IMG/VR virus record: IMGVR_UViG_3300030329_004457
Coordinates: 28,325-92,324 of that record
Length of the DNA: 64,000 nt
Strand: one strand, 5' to 3'
DNA from: a virus
Part shown: in pieces, positions 8,234 through 17,020 of the stretch
Layout: the number at the start of each line of letters is the position of its first letter
How positions within the stretch are numbered: position 1 is the stretch's first letter
The notes under the pieces: generated by a model
What the model was told of the DNA's origin: nothing
The model's database searches: none
Seen by the model: only the letters and a program-made list of their open reading frames with translations
Translations under genes and position numbers: made by a program

Positions 8234-9008
8234 GAGCTTTAGCCTTTTTGGCTATTCGTGAAAGAATTCGTTTAGCACCGTATATATTATCATACACATA
8301 TTGTTCGCTTTTACCTAATGATTTGGCAATTTGTTTTGGCCCTATTTTCTTTTTAAATATTCCTGACCACATACAAAAAATGGTCTTTTGATCTCCGCTT
8401 AAATTATTATTAATTAATTCGATTAAGTCCCCTATACAAGGCTTTTTTGTCGCTTCTTCCTGTTCTTGTTCATTACTGTGTATACGACCAGCATCTCGAC
8501 AATGTAAGCTAACACGTTTGGAGCCGGGAGGAGAAATAGATAAGAGTTTTTGTACTCTGTTTTTACTTAATCCTGTTTTCTCAGACACATATTCAATATT
8601 GTGAGAACGGCAATTTTTTACCTTTCTTAATTCACGAGATGCGCGTCTAGGCAAACTGTATGGATACTGTACGGTATAATTTGCGTCACTAATTAAGTCT
8701 ATAAATCGATTTTTAATGTACCAAGTAGCAACTGTGGTTATGCTACCTTTATCAATATTCCAATTATCTACAGCACTCATTAGCGCTATATTGCCTTCTT
8801 GTATAAAATCTTCGGTATCAATATGTCTATTATTAATACGAAATTGTTGAGCTAATTTTACTACTAGTGGTAAGCAACTATTAATAACTTTGTCTTTAGC
8901 AACCTGATCCCCTTGTTGTATTTTACAATATAGTTCTTTTTGCTCAAACCTATTTAGTGGAGGAGTAGAATTAGTAAGAGTGGTCCCAAACATATCAGGC
9001 TTAGTCAT
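8226..9008 (-). CDS. Phage sigma70-family RNA polymerase sigma factor
   Basis: Region 1.2/2: GDQVAKDKVINSCLPLVVKLAQQF..DTEDFIQEGNIALMSAVDNW...TTVATWYIK; C-terminal HTH. Confidence 0.85.
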   Translation of the reverse strand: MTKPDMFGTTLTNSTPPLNRFEQKELYCKIQQGDQVAKDKVINSCLPLVVKLAQQFRINNRHIDTEDFIQEGNIALMSAVDNWNIDKGSITTVATWYIKNRFIDLISDANYTVQYPYSLPRRASRELRKVKNCRSHNIEYVSEKTGLSKNRVQKLLSISPPGSKRVSLHCRDAGRIHSNEQEQEEATKKPCIGDLIELINNNLSGDQKTIFCMWSGIFKKKIGPKQIAKSLGKSEQYVYDNIYGAKRILSRIAKKAKAHA

Positions 9009-9038
9009 TATGTCGTATCCCCTATTCTTGGTTTAATT

Positions 9039-9587
9039 TTAGTGTAAATAAACCTTTTCAAAATCAAAAAATCTCCATCTATTATAATGTTCTTTAGCAT
9101 ATCCAAGATTAACGGCGCTAATATAGTTTAGCATATCATTCCAGTCATCAAACATATGTTCATGTGGCATGACCCCAAACATCCAATTAGGCATAAAAGA
9201 CTTACCCTGCTTACAAACAATTAATAATGGTTTTTTTTGTTGAATAGCTACAAAAGCCTCATGATAAGAGCCACATAGATGAACATCTATATCCATATAC
9301 ATGATTACAAAATGAGCAATATCAACCATTCTTAAATCTACAGCCGCAATATCTCTCATAGATTTTTTTACATTATCAAATTTCTTTTCTAGCTTTTTTA
9401 TATTAATAGCTGTTCTGAAATCATTATCTTCCTGCGCAAAACTTGTTGGTTTATCCGAAGGATCTAACACACCAATACCCATATCTTTTAAGATGGGTGT
9501 AATGTTTTTTCTCCAACCTACTCCTCCATCTGGAACACGGTCCATAGGACCACACAAATAACATATTGTGCCTTTAAGTCTGTTCAT
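9039..9587 (-). CDS. Nucleoside 2-deoxyribosyltransferase-like protein
   Basis: YLCGPM...WR...VLDP...DLRMVD.A...GSYHE.F.A..KKP. Confidence 0.75.
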   Translation of the reverse strand: MNRLKGTICYLCGPMDRVPDGGVGWRKNITPILKDMGIGVLDPSDKPTSFAQEDNDFRTAINIKKLEKKFDNVKKSMRDIAAVDLRMVDIAHFVIMYMDIDVHLCGSYHEAFVAIQQKKPLLIVCKQGKSFMPNWMFGVMPHEHMFDDWNDMLNYISAVNLGYAKEHYNRWRFFDFEKVYLH

Positions 9588-9778
9588 TGAAGCGTATCCA
9601 TCTTAAGCCATTGTCCGTTGTTAGTTTTTTGATAACATGTATGTGTATAAGAATCAGGAAGACTGTGTTGTAAATCTCTCATGGAATGTTCATTGTCAAA
9701 CCACACCTCAAAAGGGCTATTTAAATATAGAATATCTCCTGATATATAACATTCCATTTTGTAGTTTTCTTCTTCCAC
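9584..9778 (-). CDS. Hypothetical protein
   Basis: Packed ORF in minus-strand operon. Confidence 0.55.
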   Translation of the reverse strand: MEEENYKMECYISGDILYLNSPFEVWFDNEHSMRDLQHSLPDSYTHTCYQKTNNGQWLKMDTLQ

Positions 9779-9808
9779 AATATCGCTCCGATTGTAAGAA
9801 AGATTAGA

Positions 9809-10021
9809 TTACTTTTGCATTAATAAAATATAGGACTTTAAAGCCATTTTAGTTAATTTACCAAATTCTTTGATTGGTATGTTGATAGAATTAATATCTA
9901 AAACTTTATCTTTCTTATATGTATATTGGTAAAATGCAACACTTTTAGTTTCTAGGTTTAGATATATTCTAGTTTCAATGTCTGCTTTGTTATGCGTCTG
10001 TGTGAACTCATGAATTAACAT
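9809..10021 (-). CDS. Hypothetical protein
   Basis: Packed ORF in minus-strand operon. Confidence 0.55.
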   Translation of the reverse strand: MLIHEFTQTHNKADIETRIYLNLETKSVAFYQYTYKKDKVLDINSINIPIKEFGKLTKMALKSYILLMQK

Positions 10022-10034
10022 TATATTTTCTCAT

Positions 10035-10469
10035 TTATTTAAGAAATTCTAATAATTCTTTTACATCCATATAACCAATAGATCGCTTCATCTCTTCTGC
10101 TTCGCTATCTACGATAATAGTTGTAGGCACTGCATGTATATTATATCTTTCAAAATCGCTGTGATTATCAACATTAGAAGCATCGAGCATCTTGGGTGAA
10201 TTGTAATATTCTGACGCTGATGACTGAATAGATTTATGTGGCCAAACTATTTTTTTCATTTTTATACATGGAAGACATTCTCTGGATGTAAAAAACAATA
10301 TCTGCATTTCCTTTTTGTCTTCTTTAATAGAATGTATAACATCTAATTGAGCTTGATATTGCAAGGGGTATTCAACTACTGCTGGTATATTATTAAAATA
10401 TACTTCGTAGATATACTTTAGAAGTATAAATATAAATATTGCTACCAATACCCTAATTTTGTGTTTCAT
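10035..10469 (-). CDS. Membrane-anchored thioredoxin-like protein
   Basis: N-terminal TM; FFTSRECLPCIKM; YNIHAVPTTII. Confidence 0.85.
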   Translation of the reverse strand: MKHKIRVLVAIFIFILLKYIYEVYFNNIPAVVEYPLQYQAQLDVIHSIKEDKKEMQILFFTSRECLPCIKMKKIVWPHKSIQSSASEYYNSPKMLDASNVDNHSDFERYNIHAVPTTIIVDSEAEEMKRSIGYMDVKELLEFLK

Positions 10470-10483
10470 ACCATTCTCTCCTT

Positions 10484-10846
10484 TTAAGTAGTTAATACAG
10501 ACTCATTCTCCAACATAATAATATTATCTGTATCCACTATACAAATGGTATGTTGTTTAAATTTAACGATCAATGCTTCTGCTAAAGTTCTCATCCATCC
10601 ACGTATTTGTCTTTGATTATAAGGAAGTTTAGGGTAGTCAATTGCCGCAATTTCCCATCCCCTTTCTTTATAATTACTTTCCGATACAAAAGTTGTAGGG
10701 GTTATGCGTACAGGTATAGTGTAATCATAACTCTCCTGCATTTCTCCACAAAACATCTCCACTTGATCTTGTGTAAACGTTTTGTCTTTAGTAAATGACA
10801 CAGAACCAAGATATATCTTACATTCGTAATATTTTCTACGTTTCAT
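10484..10846 (-). CDS. Hypothetical protein
   Basis: 120-aa packed ORF. Confidence 0.7.
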   Translation of the reverse strand: MKRRKYYECKIYLGSVSFTKDKTFTQDQVEMFCGEMQESYDYTIPVRITPTTFVSESNYKERGWEIAAIDYPKLPYNQRQIRGWMRTLAEALIVKFKQHTICIVDTDNIIMLENESVLTT

Positions 10847-11137
10847 TTAATAATACCATAATTCAGCATATAATATCATATTAGTCAAATATGTGAGAAT
10901 ACCTAAAAATATACACCACATGAATGCTGTTTGCGCACTATTCATACCCGTGTATAAACGATTGCTCTTAATAGTTACTGCTTTATTAGTGGCAGAATCC
11001 ATGCACCACACATCAAAAATAACATTGTCTTCTTCTAGACTTGCATCTACTGTTAAACCTGTAGTCAATTCGTTGTCAGTTGTCATGTACTTTTCAATTT
11101 CATCCTTGCTAATATGTATTTGTACATTTCTAGTCAT
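10847..11137 (-). CDS. Hypothetical membrane protein
   Basis: C-terminal hydrophobic segment. Confidence 0.6.
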   Translation of the reverse strand: MTRNVQIHISKDEIEKYMTTDNELTTGLTVDASLEEDNVIFDVWCMDSATNKAVTIKSNRLYTGMNSAQTAFMWCIFLGILTYLTNMILYAELWYY

Positions 11138-11419
11138 CTATGACTCCTTTAATGTTTTTTTCGCATAACTCCTGTCAGAATTTTTAGGAGGAGTAAATTT
11201 TGGTATTGGCAATAGATCCTTATCTTGTAGTGGTGGTGGAGGGTTGCTCTTTAAATCTTCATACATCTTAATTTTCCATTGAAGATATTGAAGCCTCTGT
11301 ATAGTTTTAATATCGTCCTCACAACTCTTAATCCTTTGATGCTGTACAGAAATAACTAAAGCAACCACAACCACAAACAATGTCTGTAAAGTTCTAATGA
11401 ACCATTTTTCAATTACCAT
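11138..11419 (-). CDS. Hypothetical membrane-anchored protein
   Basis: N-terminal TM, coiled coil, Pro-rich tail. Confidence 0.6.
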   Translation of the reverse strand: MVIEKWFIRTLQTLFVVVVALVISVQHQRIKSCEDDIKTIQRLQYLQWKIKMYEDLKSNPPPPLQDKDLLPIPKFTPPKNSDRSYAKKTLKES

Positions 11420-11726
11420 ATACGCCCACCTTTACATCCCAGTATCTAGGCATACAATGTCGTAGGGCGCTGATAATAAAATCTGCCGTTTCCTCATCAC
11501 AACATTCGCAAACAAACTTAGTTCGTTGTTTGGGTACTTCTGCATAAATTTTAAGATTCTGACGATAGTACGTTACTACCTTGTTTTTTCCGTAATACAT
11601 ATCGCCTCTAGGAGTTCCTGTCGGATGAAATATATTTTCACACTTTAATACTTTACTAAGATAATTTATAATATTTTTGCAATCTCCCCCAGAGTTGAGT
11701 GAGCTATATATCTTTTTATCATCCAT
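11409..11726 (-). CDS. Hypothetical protein
   Basis: 105-aa ORF with RBS. Confidence 0.6.
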   Translation of the reverse strand: MDDKKIYSSLNSGGDCKNIINYLSKVLKCENIFHPTGTPRGDMYYGKNKVVTYYRQNLKIYAEVPKQRTKFVCECCDEETADFIISALRHCMPRYWDVKVGVYGN

Positions 11727-12044
11727 GATAAGATTTAAACTCCCTTTACCAGTTTTTAACTATATTGGCTACAATAAAAAAACAAGTTATTATATTAATA
11801 AGAACTATGACGGTTCTCATAATAGCTACGATATCTGCTTCCTTGTCTAGCTTGCTGGACTTATCTCCTAAACTTTTAGCCCACAATTTCCAGAACTTTT
11901 TAATTTTTATTCTCTCTTACTTTATAGATTGAACTGTTATTTAAAATGGAGTATACCATACCCCAATACTCCGCTTGTTCCTCTGAGTCAAACACTAGTC
12001 TGACCGGATAACCATCACTTTGTTTGTAAGTTAGCAGATACATA

Positions 12045-12410
12045 TTAATAGTTCCAGTTGATGGGCTCTAGATTGTCTTGCATTTGTTCTGAATAGGTTC
12101 TTGCACTATCATCGACAGCATTGTCATGAGGTGTAAGTTCTGTAGCAAACCACTCTTCCATACTCGCCGTTAGTTCTTCTGCATTTTTTACACATTCGGC
12201 ATTGTCGCCAAACATACCATGAACTATCTCATGTAAGAACTGATATACATTTTTTAGTGTTTCTTCTTGTTCAATTTTAAATACCATATTTGCTAACTGA
12301 CGTTTAAATTTATAGTTAATTGGTGCTTCAACAATCATTACGTTTAAATCGCTAATAACATCTGACACTTTTTTGTATTGACCAACGCTATCCTTGCTAT
12401 TCATTTTCAT
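12045..12410 (-). CDS. Hypothetical protein
   Basis: Start moved to the ATG after GAGGA. Confidence 0.65.
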   Translation of the reverse strand: MKMNSKDSVGQYKKVSDVISDLNVMIVEAPINYKFKRQLANMVFKIEQEETLKNVYQFLHEIVHGMFGDNAECVKNAEELTASMEEWFATELTPHDNAVDDSARTYSEQMQDNLEPINWNY

Positions 12411-12585
12411 ATTCCTCAAAAGTAGAACTGTCGATTTGAAAAGACCCTGATACATACTCAGCATTAATATTAGATAGCTTTGTTTCGTTTTCTACCTTTG
12501 AAATAGCCTCTTCAAGAGAATTTGCTTCTACATCTACATGACCATACACTTCCCAAGAACAATCTATAGTATATTTTTTACTCAT
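12397..12585 (-). CDS. Hypothetical acidic phage protein
   Basis: VDVEANSLEEAI motif common in small phage proteins. Confidence 0.65.
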   Translation of the reverse strand: MSKKYTIDCSWEVYGHVDVEANSLEEAISKVENETKLSNINAEYVSGSFQIDSSTFEEYENE

Positions 12586-12923
12586 TCTGTATCTCCTATA
12601 TACAGATCATCATCATCTTCATCGACCGAATCCCAATACTTATTAATATCTTCATTATAACTGTATTTGTCTTCAAGAGTATCTAGATCATCGCCATCAT
12701 TAACAATAGTGAATAACGGTTCCACCTGAACATCCCAACCTCCAGAATTAGGACAATGATTAGCTATATACTTCATAAGATGTAAAGTTACTTCTAAATC
12801 TTGATCTTCACATGTTTCGTTTTCTGCTACTTTTACCGCTTGCGAAATAACCTCTGAAGGAATTTCAAGCTGGAGTACACTTCCCGTACTACGTCTCCGA
12901 CATACTGAAATCGCTCTAACCAT
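12582..12923 (-). CDS. Hypothetical protein
   Basis: First gene after the promoter at 12963-12990. Confidence 0.65.
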   Translation of the reverse strand: MVRAISVCRRRSTGSVLQLEIPSEVISQAVKVAENETCEDQDLEVTLHLMKYIANHCPNSGGWDVQVEPLFTIVNDGDDLDTLEDKYSYNEDINKYWDSVDEDDDDLYIGDTE

Positions 12924-12962
12924 TTTTGAGTTTCCTGTGAGAGTAAAGTGGTCGTTTCTTAT

Positions 12963-12990
12963 ATTATACTCATCGGTCAGAGAATGTCAA
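12963..12990 (-). promoter_or_regulatory. Sigma70-type promoter
   Basis: GGGG-TTGACA-N16-TATAAT. Confidence 0.75.
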
Positions 12991-13051
12991 CCCCTTGAGC
13001 ATATTTTTGGTGTATTTAGATTTTGTACGGCTTTTTTTGAAAGGAAAATCA

Positions 13052-13303
13052 ATGTCTGATATTATTGCAAAATGTATAACTGCCAATCCTATTGATAATG
13101 GTGGTATTTTAGTTGCTGCTCCTAAAAAAGACAATCAGTTAGGATCTAATTATCAAATTAATACCTATTCGTCTAATTCACCAGCAACGGGTATTATCTT
13201 TAGTAAATATGATACAAGATTTACAGGTCTTGCTCCATGTGTAAATTCATGCGGTAAAGAAGAGGTAATAGGTAGCGGCGTAGCCTGTGTGTTGTGGGTA
13301 TAA
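13052..13303 (+). CDS. Small protein, paralog of structural-region ORF 53764-53997
   Basis: Shares MSD.I, I.NGG.LV.AP and PATG..F.KYD.R.TG..PC; AAGGA RBS before ATG 13052. Confidence 0.75.
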   Translation: MSDIIAKCITANPIDNGGILVAAPKKDNQLGSNYQINTYSSNSPATGIIFSKYDTRFTGLAPCVNSCGKEEVIGSGVACVLWV

Positions 13304-13337
13304 AATAAAGCCTGTGCAGGGCAAGCAAAACAATAAT

Positions 13338-13775
13338 TTACTTAATCGAGATATGTCTTGGTTTCTTATCAGGAGGAAGTATTTCCTCTAACTCGATAAC
13401 TAGCATACCATCATTAAATTCTGCTGAATTAACTTCAACATGCTCGCCCAAAGTAAACTTTTTAATAAAGTTTCTATTGGCTATACCTCTATAAGACCTT
13501 CCATCTCCTTCTGGTGCATCCTTTTTACCAGAAACAGAAAGAACCCCGTCTTGCACTACCACTTCTAAATTAGATCTTTTATAGCCTGCAAGAGCTATTT
13601 CTACATAAGTTTTTCCCTCGTTTCTTATTACATTATAAGGGGGAAAACCAGAAGATTGATGAGTTTCGGCTGTAGTATTAAGCCGATCAAAGAAATCATC
13701 ATAACCTATAGAAAAAGGAAAGAATAAGTCTCTAAAATGTTTGGCATTTTTATGCGCTAATGTAATTTCAGTCAT
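13338..13775 (-). CDS. hsp20: Hsp20 small heat-shock protein (IbpA-like)
   Basis: FPPYNV...IALAGY...V.V.DG.L.V.G...YRGIA.R.F.K.F.L..V...A...DGML.I.L. Confidence 0.95.
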   Translation of the reverse strand: MTEITLAHKNAKHFRDLFFPFSIGYDDFFDRLNTTAETHQSSGFPPYNVIRNEGKTYVEIALAGYKRSNLEVVVQDGVLSVSGKKDAPEGDGRSYRGIANRNFIKKFTLGEHVEVNSAEFNDGMLVIELEEILPPDKKPRHISIK

Positions 13776-13781
13776 AGAATT

Positions 13782-13800
13782 TCTCCTTATAAAAGCGAGA
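13782..13800 (-). promoter_or_regulatory. ROSE-like RNA thermometer hairpin over the hsp20 RBS
   Basis: UCUC(G)CUU-UUAU-AAGGAGA with bulged G opposite the SD. Confidence 0.6.
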
Positions 13801-13837
13801 TAAAATATGTTACCCTATATAGGCGTAACTAAAAATA

Positions 13838-13900
13838 GTACTTTTGTCTCTTCTATCCTCTCACTCAAGAAGTACCAAAACTTGGTTTTATTGAGGATAG
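13838..13900 (-). ncRNA. Solitary pseudoknotted RNA unit K in the hsp20 leader
   Basis: CUAUCCUC-AAUAAAAC-CAAG..GUACUU-CUUG-AGUGA-GAGGAUAG-AAGAGA-CAA-AAGUAC. Confidence 0.85.
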
Positions 13901-14054
13901 TAGTGCCCTGCACAGGCGCACTCTATTATATTATACTCCTTAGTAGGGTATTTTATATATATTTTTTTTACATTTAGTGCAAAACCTTATACCGTTTCGA
14001 TCTAGCATGGTAGAATTATGCCTACATAACCATTGTAAGAGCGAAATATAAATA

Positions 14055-14495
14055 TTAACGATCATAGCTATGTATTTTATTTATTCGTCTCTCATGACGA
14101 TCACCATCAAAGTCTGTTTGTAGCCAAATATTTACAATTTTATCAATAGCGTCAAATCCTAATAAATCAGCCCCAATACATAATACGTTTAAATCGTTAT
14201 GTTGACGACTTAGTTTTGCGGATAATTCATTCATGCAAGATGCTGCTCGTACAGAAGGAAATTTATTAGCTGTTATTGCCATTCCTATGCCTGTGCCACA
14301 TACTAAAATTCCACGGTCTGCATATCCTTGGCTTATTTCATGTGCTACTATAGCTGCAAAATCTGGATAGTCTACACTATTTTCACTAAATGGCCCTGCG
14401 TTAGAAACAGAGTGTTCTGAAGACAATTGTAAGAAAATCCTTTCTTTAATTATAAACCCACGATGATCGCTTGCAATTATTATTTTCATTATCAA
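14055..14495 (-). CDS. rpiB: Ribose-5-phosphate isomerase B
   Basis: IASDHRG, SVDYPDFA, GILVCGTGIGMAITANK, SRQHNDLNVLC, RHERRI. Confidence 0.95.
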   Translation of the reverse strand: MIMKIIIASDHRGFIIKERIFLQLSSEHSVSNAGPFSENSVDYPDFAAIVAHEISQGYADRGILVCGTGIGMAITANKFPSVRAASCMNELSAKLSRQHNDLNVLCIGADLLGFDAIDKIVNIWLQTDFDGDRHERRINKIHSYDR

Positions 14496-14504
14496 CTCCT
14501 AAAG

Positions 14505-14843
14505 TGGAGGCGGGGGGAATTGAACCCCCGTCTTGTCTAGATTCCATATTAGCGTCTACATTATTAGTTTGTTGTATTCGCACAGCAAAACAAAGCTATC
14601 AGAATTATCTGAGTCAGGTTCATTAGAACCATCAGACTAGATTAATTCAGGTTTGTCGTCCCTATCAGAATTATCTGAGTCAATACAATTGGGCAATGAG
14701 GCTTGTATAACCCCAGCAGCTTATGCTGCCATTGCAAAACTAGGTTCAGCAATTAAAGGATTTAATCGGCTTTTATACTGGACTGCCGACCAACCAGTTA
14801 ATGCAACTAATACTTCCGCTATCAATCGACTCCAATCGCCCCC
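14505..14843 (-). ncRNA. ssrA: tmRNA, predicted tag (A)AEPSFAMAA (14721-14750)
   Basis: Acceptor GGGGGCG/CGCCTCC-A with G3:U; T arm GGGGG-TTCAATT-CCCCC; internal tag ORF ending MAA-stop. Confidence 0.92.
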
Positions 14844-15028
14844 TGTGTAGATCTTTGTAGTGAATATCCCTTTAATAAAAATACTATTTCTCTGCCATTA
14901 ATTTTTTCATCAAACTTAAATAGTAAGTCTCCCTGTGGATTAAATACAGTAACTCCTTCATCCCCTCCTCCATTGTTATAAAAATAACAATCATACACTC
15001 TACCATTAATTTCATAAGTTTTCATCAT
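14822..15028 (-). CDS. Hypothetical protein
   Basis: 68-aa ORF; 3' end overlaps the tmRNA 5' end. Confidence 0.5.
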   Translation of the reverse strand: MMKTYEINGRVYDCYFYNNGGGDEGVTVFNPQGDLLFKFDEKINGREIVFLLKGYSLQRSTQGAIGVD

Positions 15029-15031
15029 AAC

Positions 15032-15844
15032 TCACTTCAGTCCAATACCATCAAAATATTTAGTTATAAAATTGCGCATTTCTTCCGTTTCTTTAGAATT
15101 ACGAAAGCGGTTTAAAAACTCTTCTTGTTTTTTCCATTTAAACTCTGGATAATCTTTACCAGCCATATAAGTATTATATGCTCGTTGTAAATTCCACTTC
15201 ATAAAAGCTCTAAATTGTTTATTATCGTTCCAATATGTGTTATCATATTTTTCTATTGCCATGCAAAGACCAACAGAATATAGTCCGAGTTCTAAACATC
15301 CAGAAACACCATCCGTTCTACCCCCACGATATACTCCTCTCCTTATATCATCTATTCCAACCAATGCCCCATTAATATATGCACACCATTCATCTATAAT
15401 ATAAAGTGGTTGTTTATCCCACTCTCTCGCTCCTGTAATATATGTGTTATATCTATAGCCTCTAACGTTATCGGGTATAAAGTTGGCCGCTTGTATTTTT
15501 CGTATATTAGGTTCATGCGTAACAAATGCCCATCCTGTAGGTAAATAAAAAGCATTTATAGCGGTTTCTTGACGATATTTATTACGCAACTCAGAATTAA
15601 TCATATGCGTAGTTTCATGCGCACAGGTCATTCTATTTTTTATATCTAATGTAGGATTGTGTGCATAATTAACTATGTCAGCATATATACTACTTTCTTG
15701 TATTTTATCTGATACTTTATTAACTTCAATAAAGTCTATTTGATCATCTGCTACATTATTAGTAACAAATGCTACCACCAATGCTGTAGAAGCAAAATCA
15801 ATTAGTATTCCAAACTTACTTGACATACTCATAGTCAGATCCAT
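15032..15844 (-). CDS. Hypothetical exported protein with HExxH zincin-like motif
   Basis: N-terminal hydrophobic stretch; AHETTH; downstream DEW. Confidence 0.6.
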   Translation of the reverse strand: MDLTMSMSSKFGILIDFASTALVVAFVTNNVADDQIDFIEVNKVSDKIQESSIYADIVNYAHNPTLDIKNRMTCAHETTHMINSELRNKYRQETAINAFYLPTGWAFVTHEPNIRKIQAANFIPDNVRGYRYNTYITGAREWDKQPLYIIDEWCAYINGALVGIDDIRRGVYRGGRTDGVSGCLELGLYSVGLCMAIEKYDNTYWNDNKQFRAFMKWNLQRAYNTYMAGKDYPEFKWKKQEEFLNRFRNSKETEEMRNFITKYFDGIGLK

Positions 15845-16253
15845 ATGTTGAACCGTATTTTATTTCTTCTTTTATTGGGTAAGGCAAGCTATACTCTTTA
15901 ATGCGTTCTCCATATGTCTTATCGGCATCTGATGCCTTTTCACTTGAGATTGTTTCCAGAGCATTATAAATTTTTTCCTTATCCTTTTTATCCTCTTTAC
16001 CCAATAGAGCATCCAGCGCAGTCCCGTAAGGATTACGAAACTTCTTATCGGTTTTTCCAGTTTGAGTTTTCTTTGTACTATCATGACATATAGCACATTT
16101 TGTTTTTGTTACCAGAGCTTTAAACTCTTCTGGGCTATTTTCCGTAACATAGACCTTTTTAAATGCTGTATAGAACTGAGCATATCCAGAGACAGACTTA
16201 GTACTGATGGTAAAAACAAGCAGCAGACAACAGGTAATAATTACATTCTTCAT
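15816..16253 (-). CDS. Exported mono-haem c-type cytochrome-like protein
   Basis: Signal peptide, CAICH, RNPYG..L; start moved to ATG 16253. Confidence 0.75.
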   Translation of the reverse strand: MKNVIITCCLLLVFTISTKSVSGYAQFYTAFKKVYVTENSPEEFKALVTKTKCAICHDSTKKTQTGKTDKKFRNPYGTALDALLGKEDKKDKEKIYNALETISSEKASDADKTYGERIKEYSLPYPIKEEIKYGSTYGSDYEYVK

Positions 16254-16513
16254 TTTATTCTCCATCCTTAATAAAAAAAGATCCAAAAAACGCCGCAATC
16301 GCCAATAAGATAATTTCAATCATTTACTCGTCCTCTAGATATAGTTATAAATCAATATACCAAGACCTATAATAACTACTAAGTTAATACCGATAATAGC
16401 TACTACATCTGTTTTATATTCTTCCATTCAACGATCCTTTGTAGATATTGCGTAGAAAAACCAAGTCCCTAAACCCCATCCGGCTAAAAATAGAATAATA
16501 TAAATTAGTATCA

Positions 16514-16921
16514 TTACTGCATGACCTTCGGACTGCCATAATTAATACTTTGTATTGTTGGATGATTAAAATTAACACTAGCCGCACCAATAGGATCAAG
16601 AATAAACACAGACCCCACCACCTCTTCCATCTTATGCTTTTGGTCTGTCATATGTAGGTATTGCATAGTTTCAACTAATGATTGATTAAACATACCTTCA
16701 TCTTCATTGTACATAATCCACTTGGGCGTGTCAAGCATTCTATAGGCTATGATATCATTAAATGCTTCTTCCGCTACTATTCTTGACCTCTCTTGTATTT
16801 CCGCCTCTCTCATATTACGCGCACCGACCACAAATAGGGCAGAAATACTAAGTAGTCCGAAGGTAATAATACCTAATGAAATCAAAACTTCCAGTAATGT
16901 TAGACCTTTTTTATTCATCAT
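16514..16921 (-). CDS. Prepilin-type N-terminal cleavage/methylation protein (PilV-like)
   Basis: KKG|LTLLEVLISLGII class III signal with Glu at +5. Confidence 0.85.
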   Translation of the reverse strand: MMNKKGLTLLEVLISLGIITFGLLSISALFVVGARNMREAEIQERSRIVAEEAFNDIIAYRMLDTPKWIMYNEDEGMFNQSLVETMQYLHMTDQKHKMEEVVGSVFILDPIGAASVNFNHPTIQSINYGSPKVMQ

Positions 16922-17020
16922 TAAATTTCTTCCAAATCATATAGTCCACACGGTTCAATACTGCCAACATAGACAGTAACAATACTACAAAGATCGCCAT
17001 TTTCATATGTTTCCTCCAAA

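Larger units (their letters stand above)
13310..13917. repeat. Perfect 14-bp inverted repeat (13310-13323 / 13904-13917) bracketing hsp20 and its leader
   Basis: GCCTGTGCAGGGCA and TGCCCTGCACAGGC. Confidence 0.85.
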
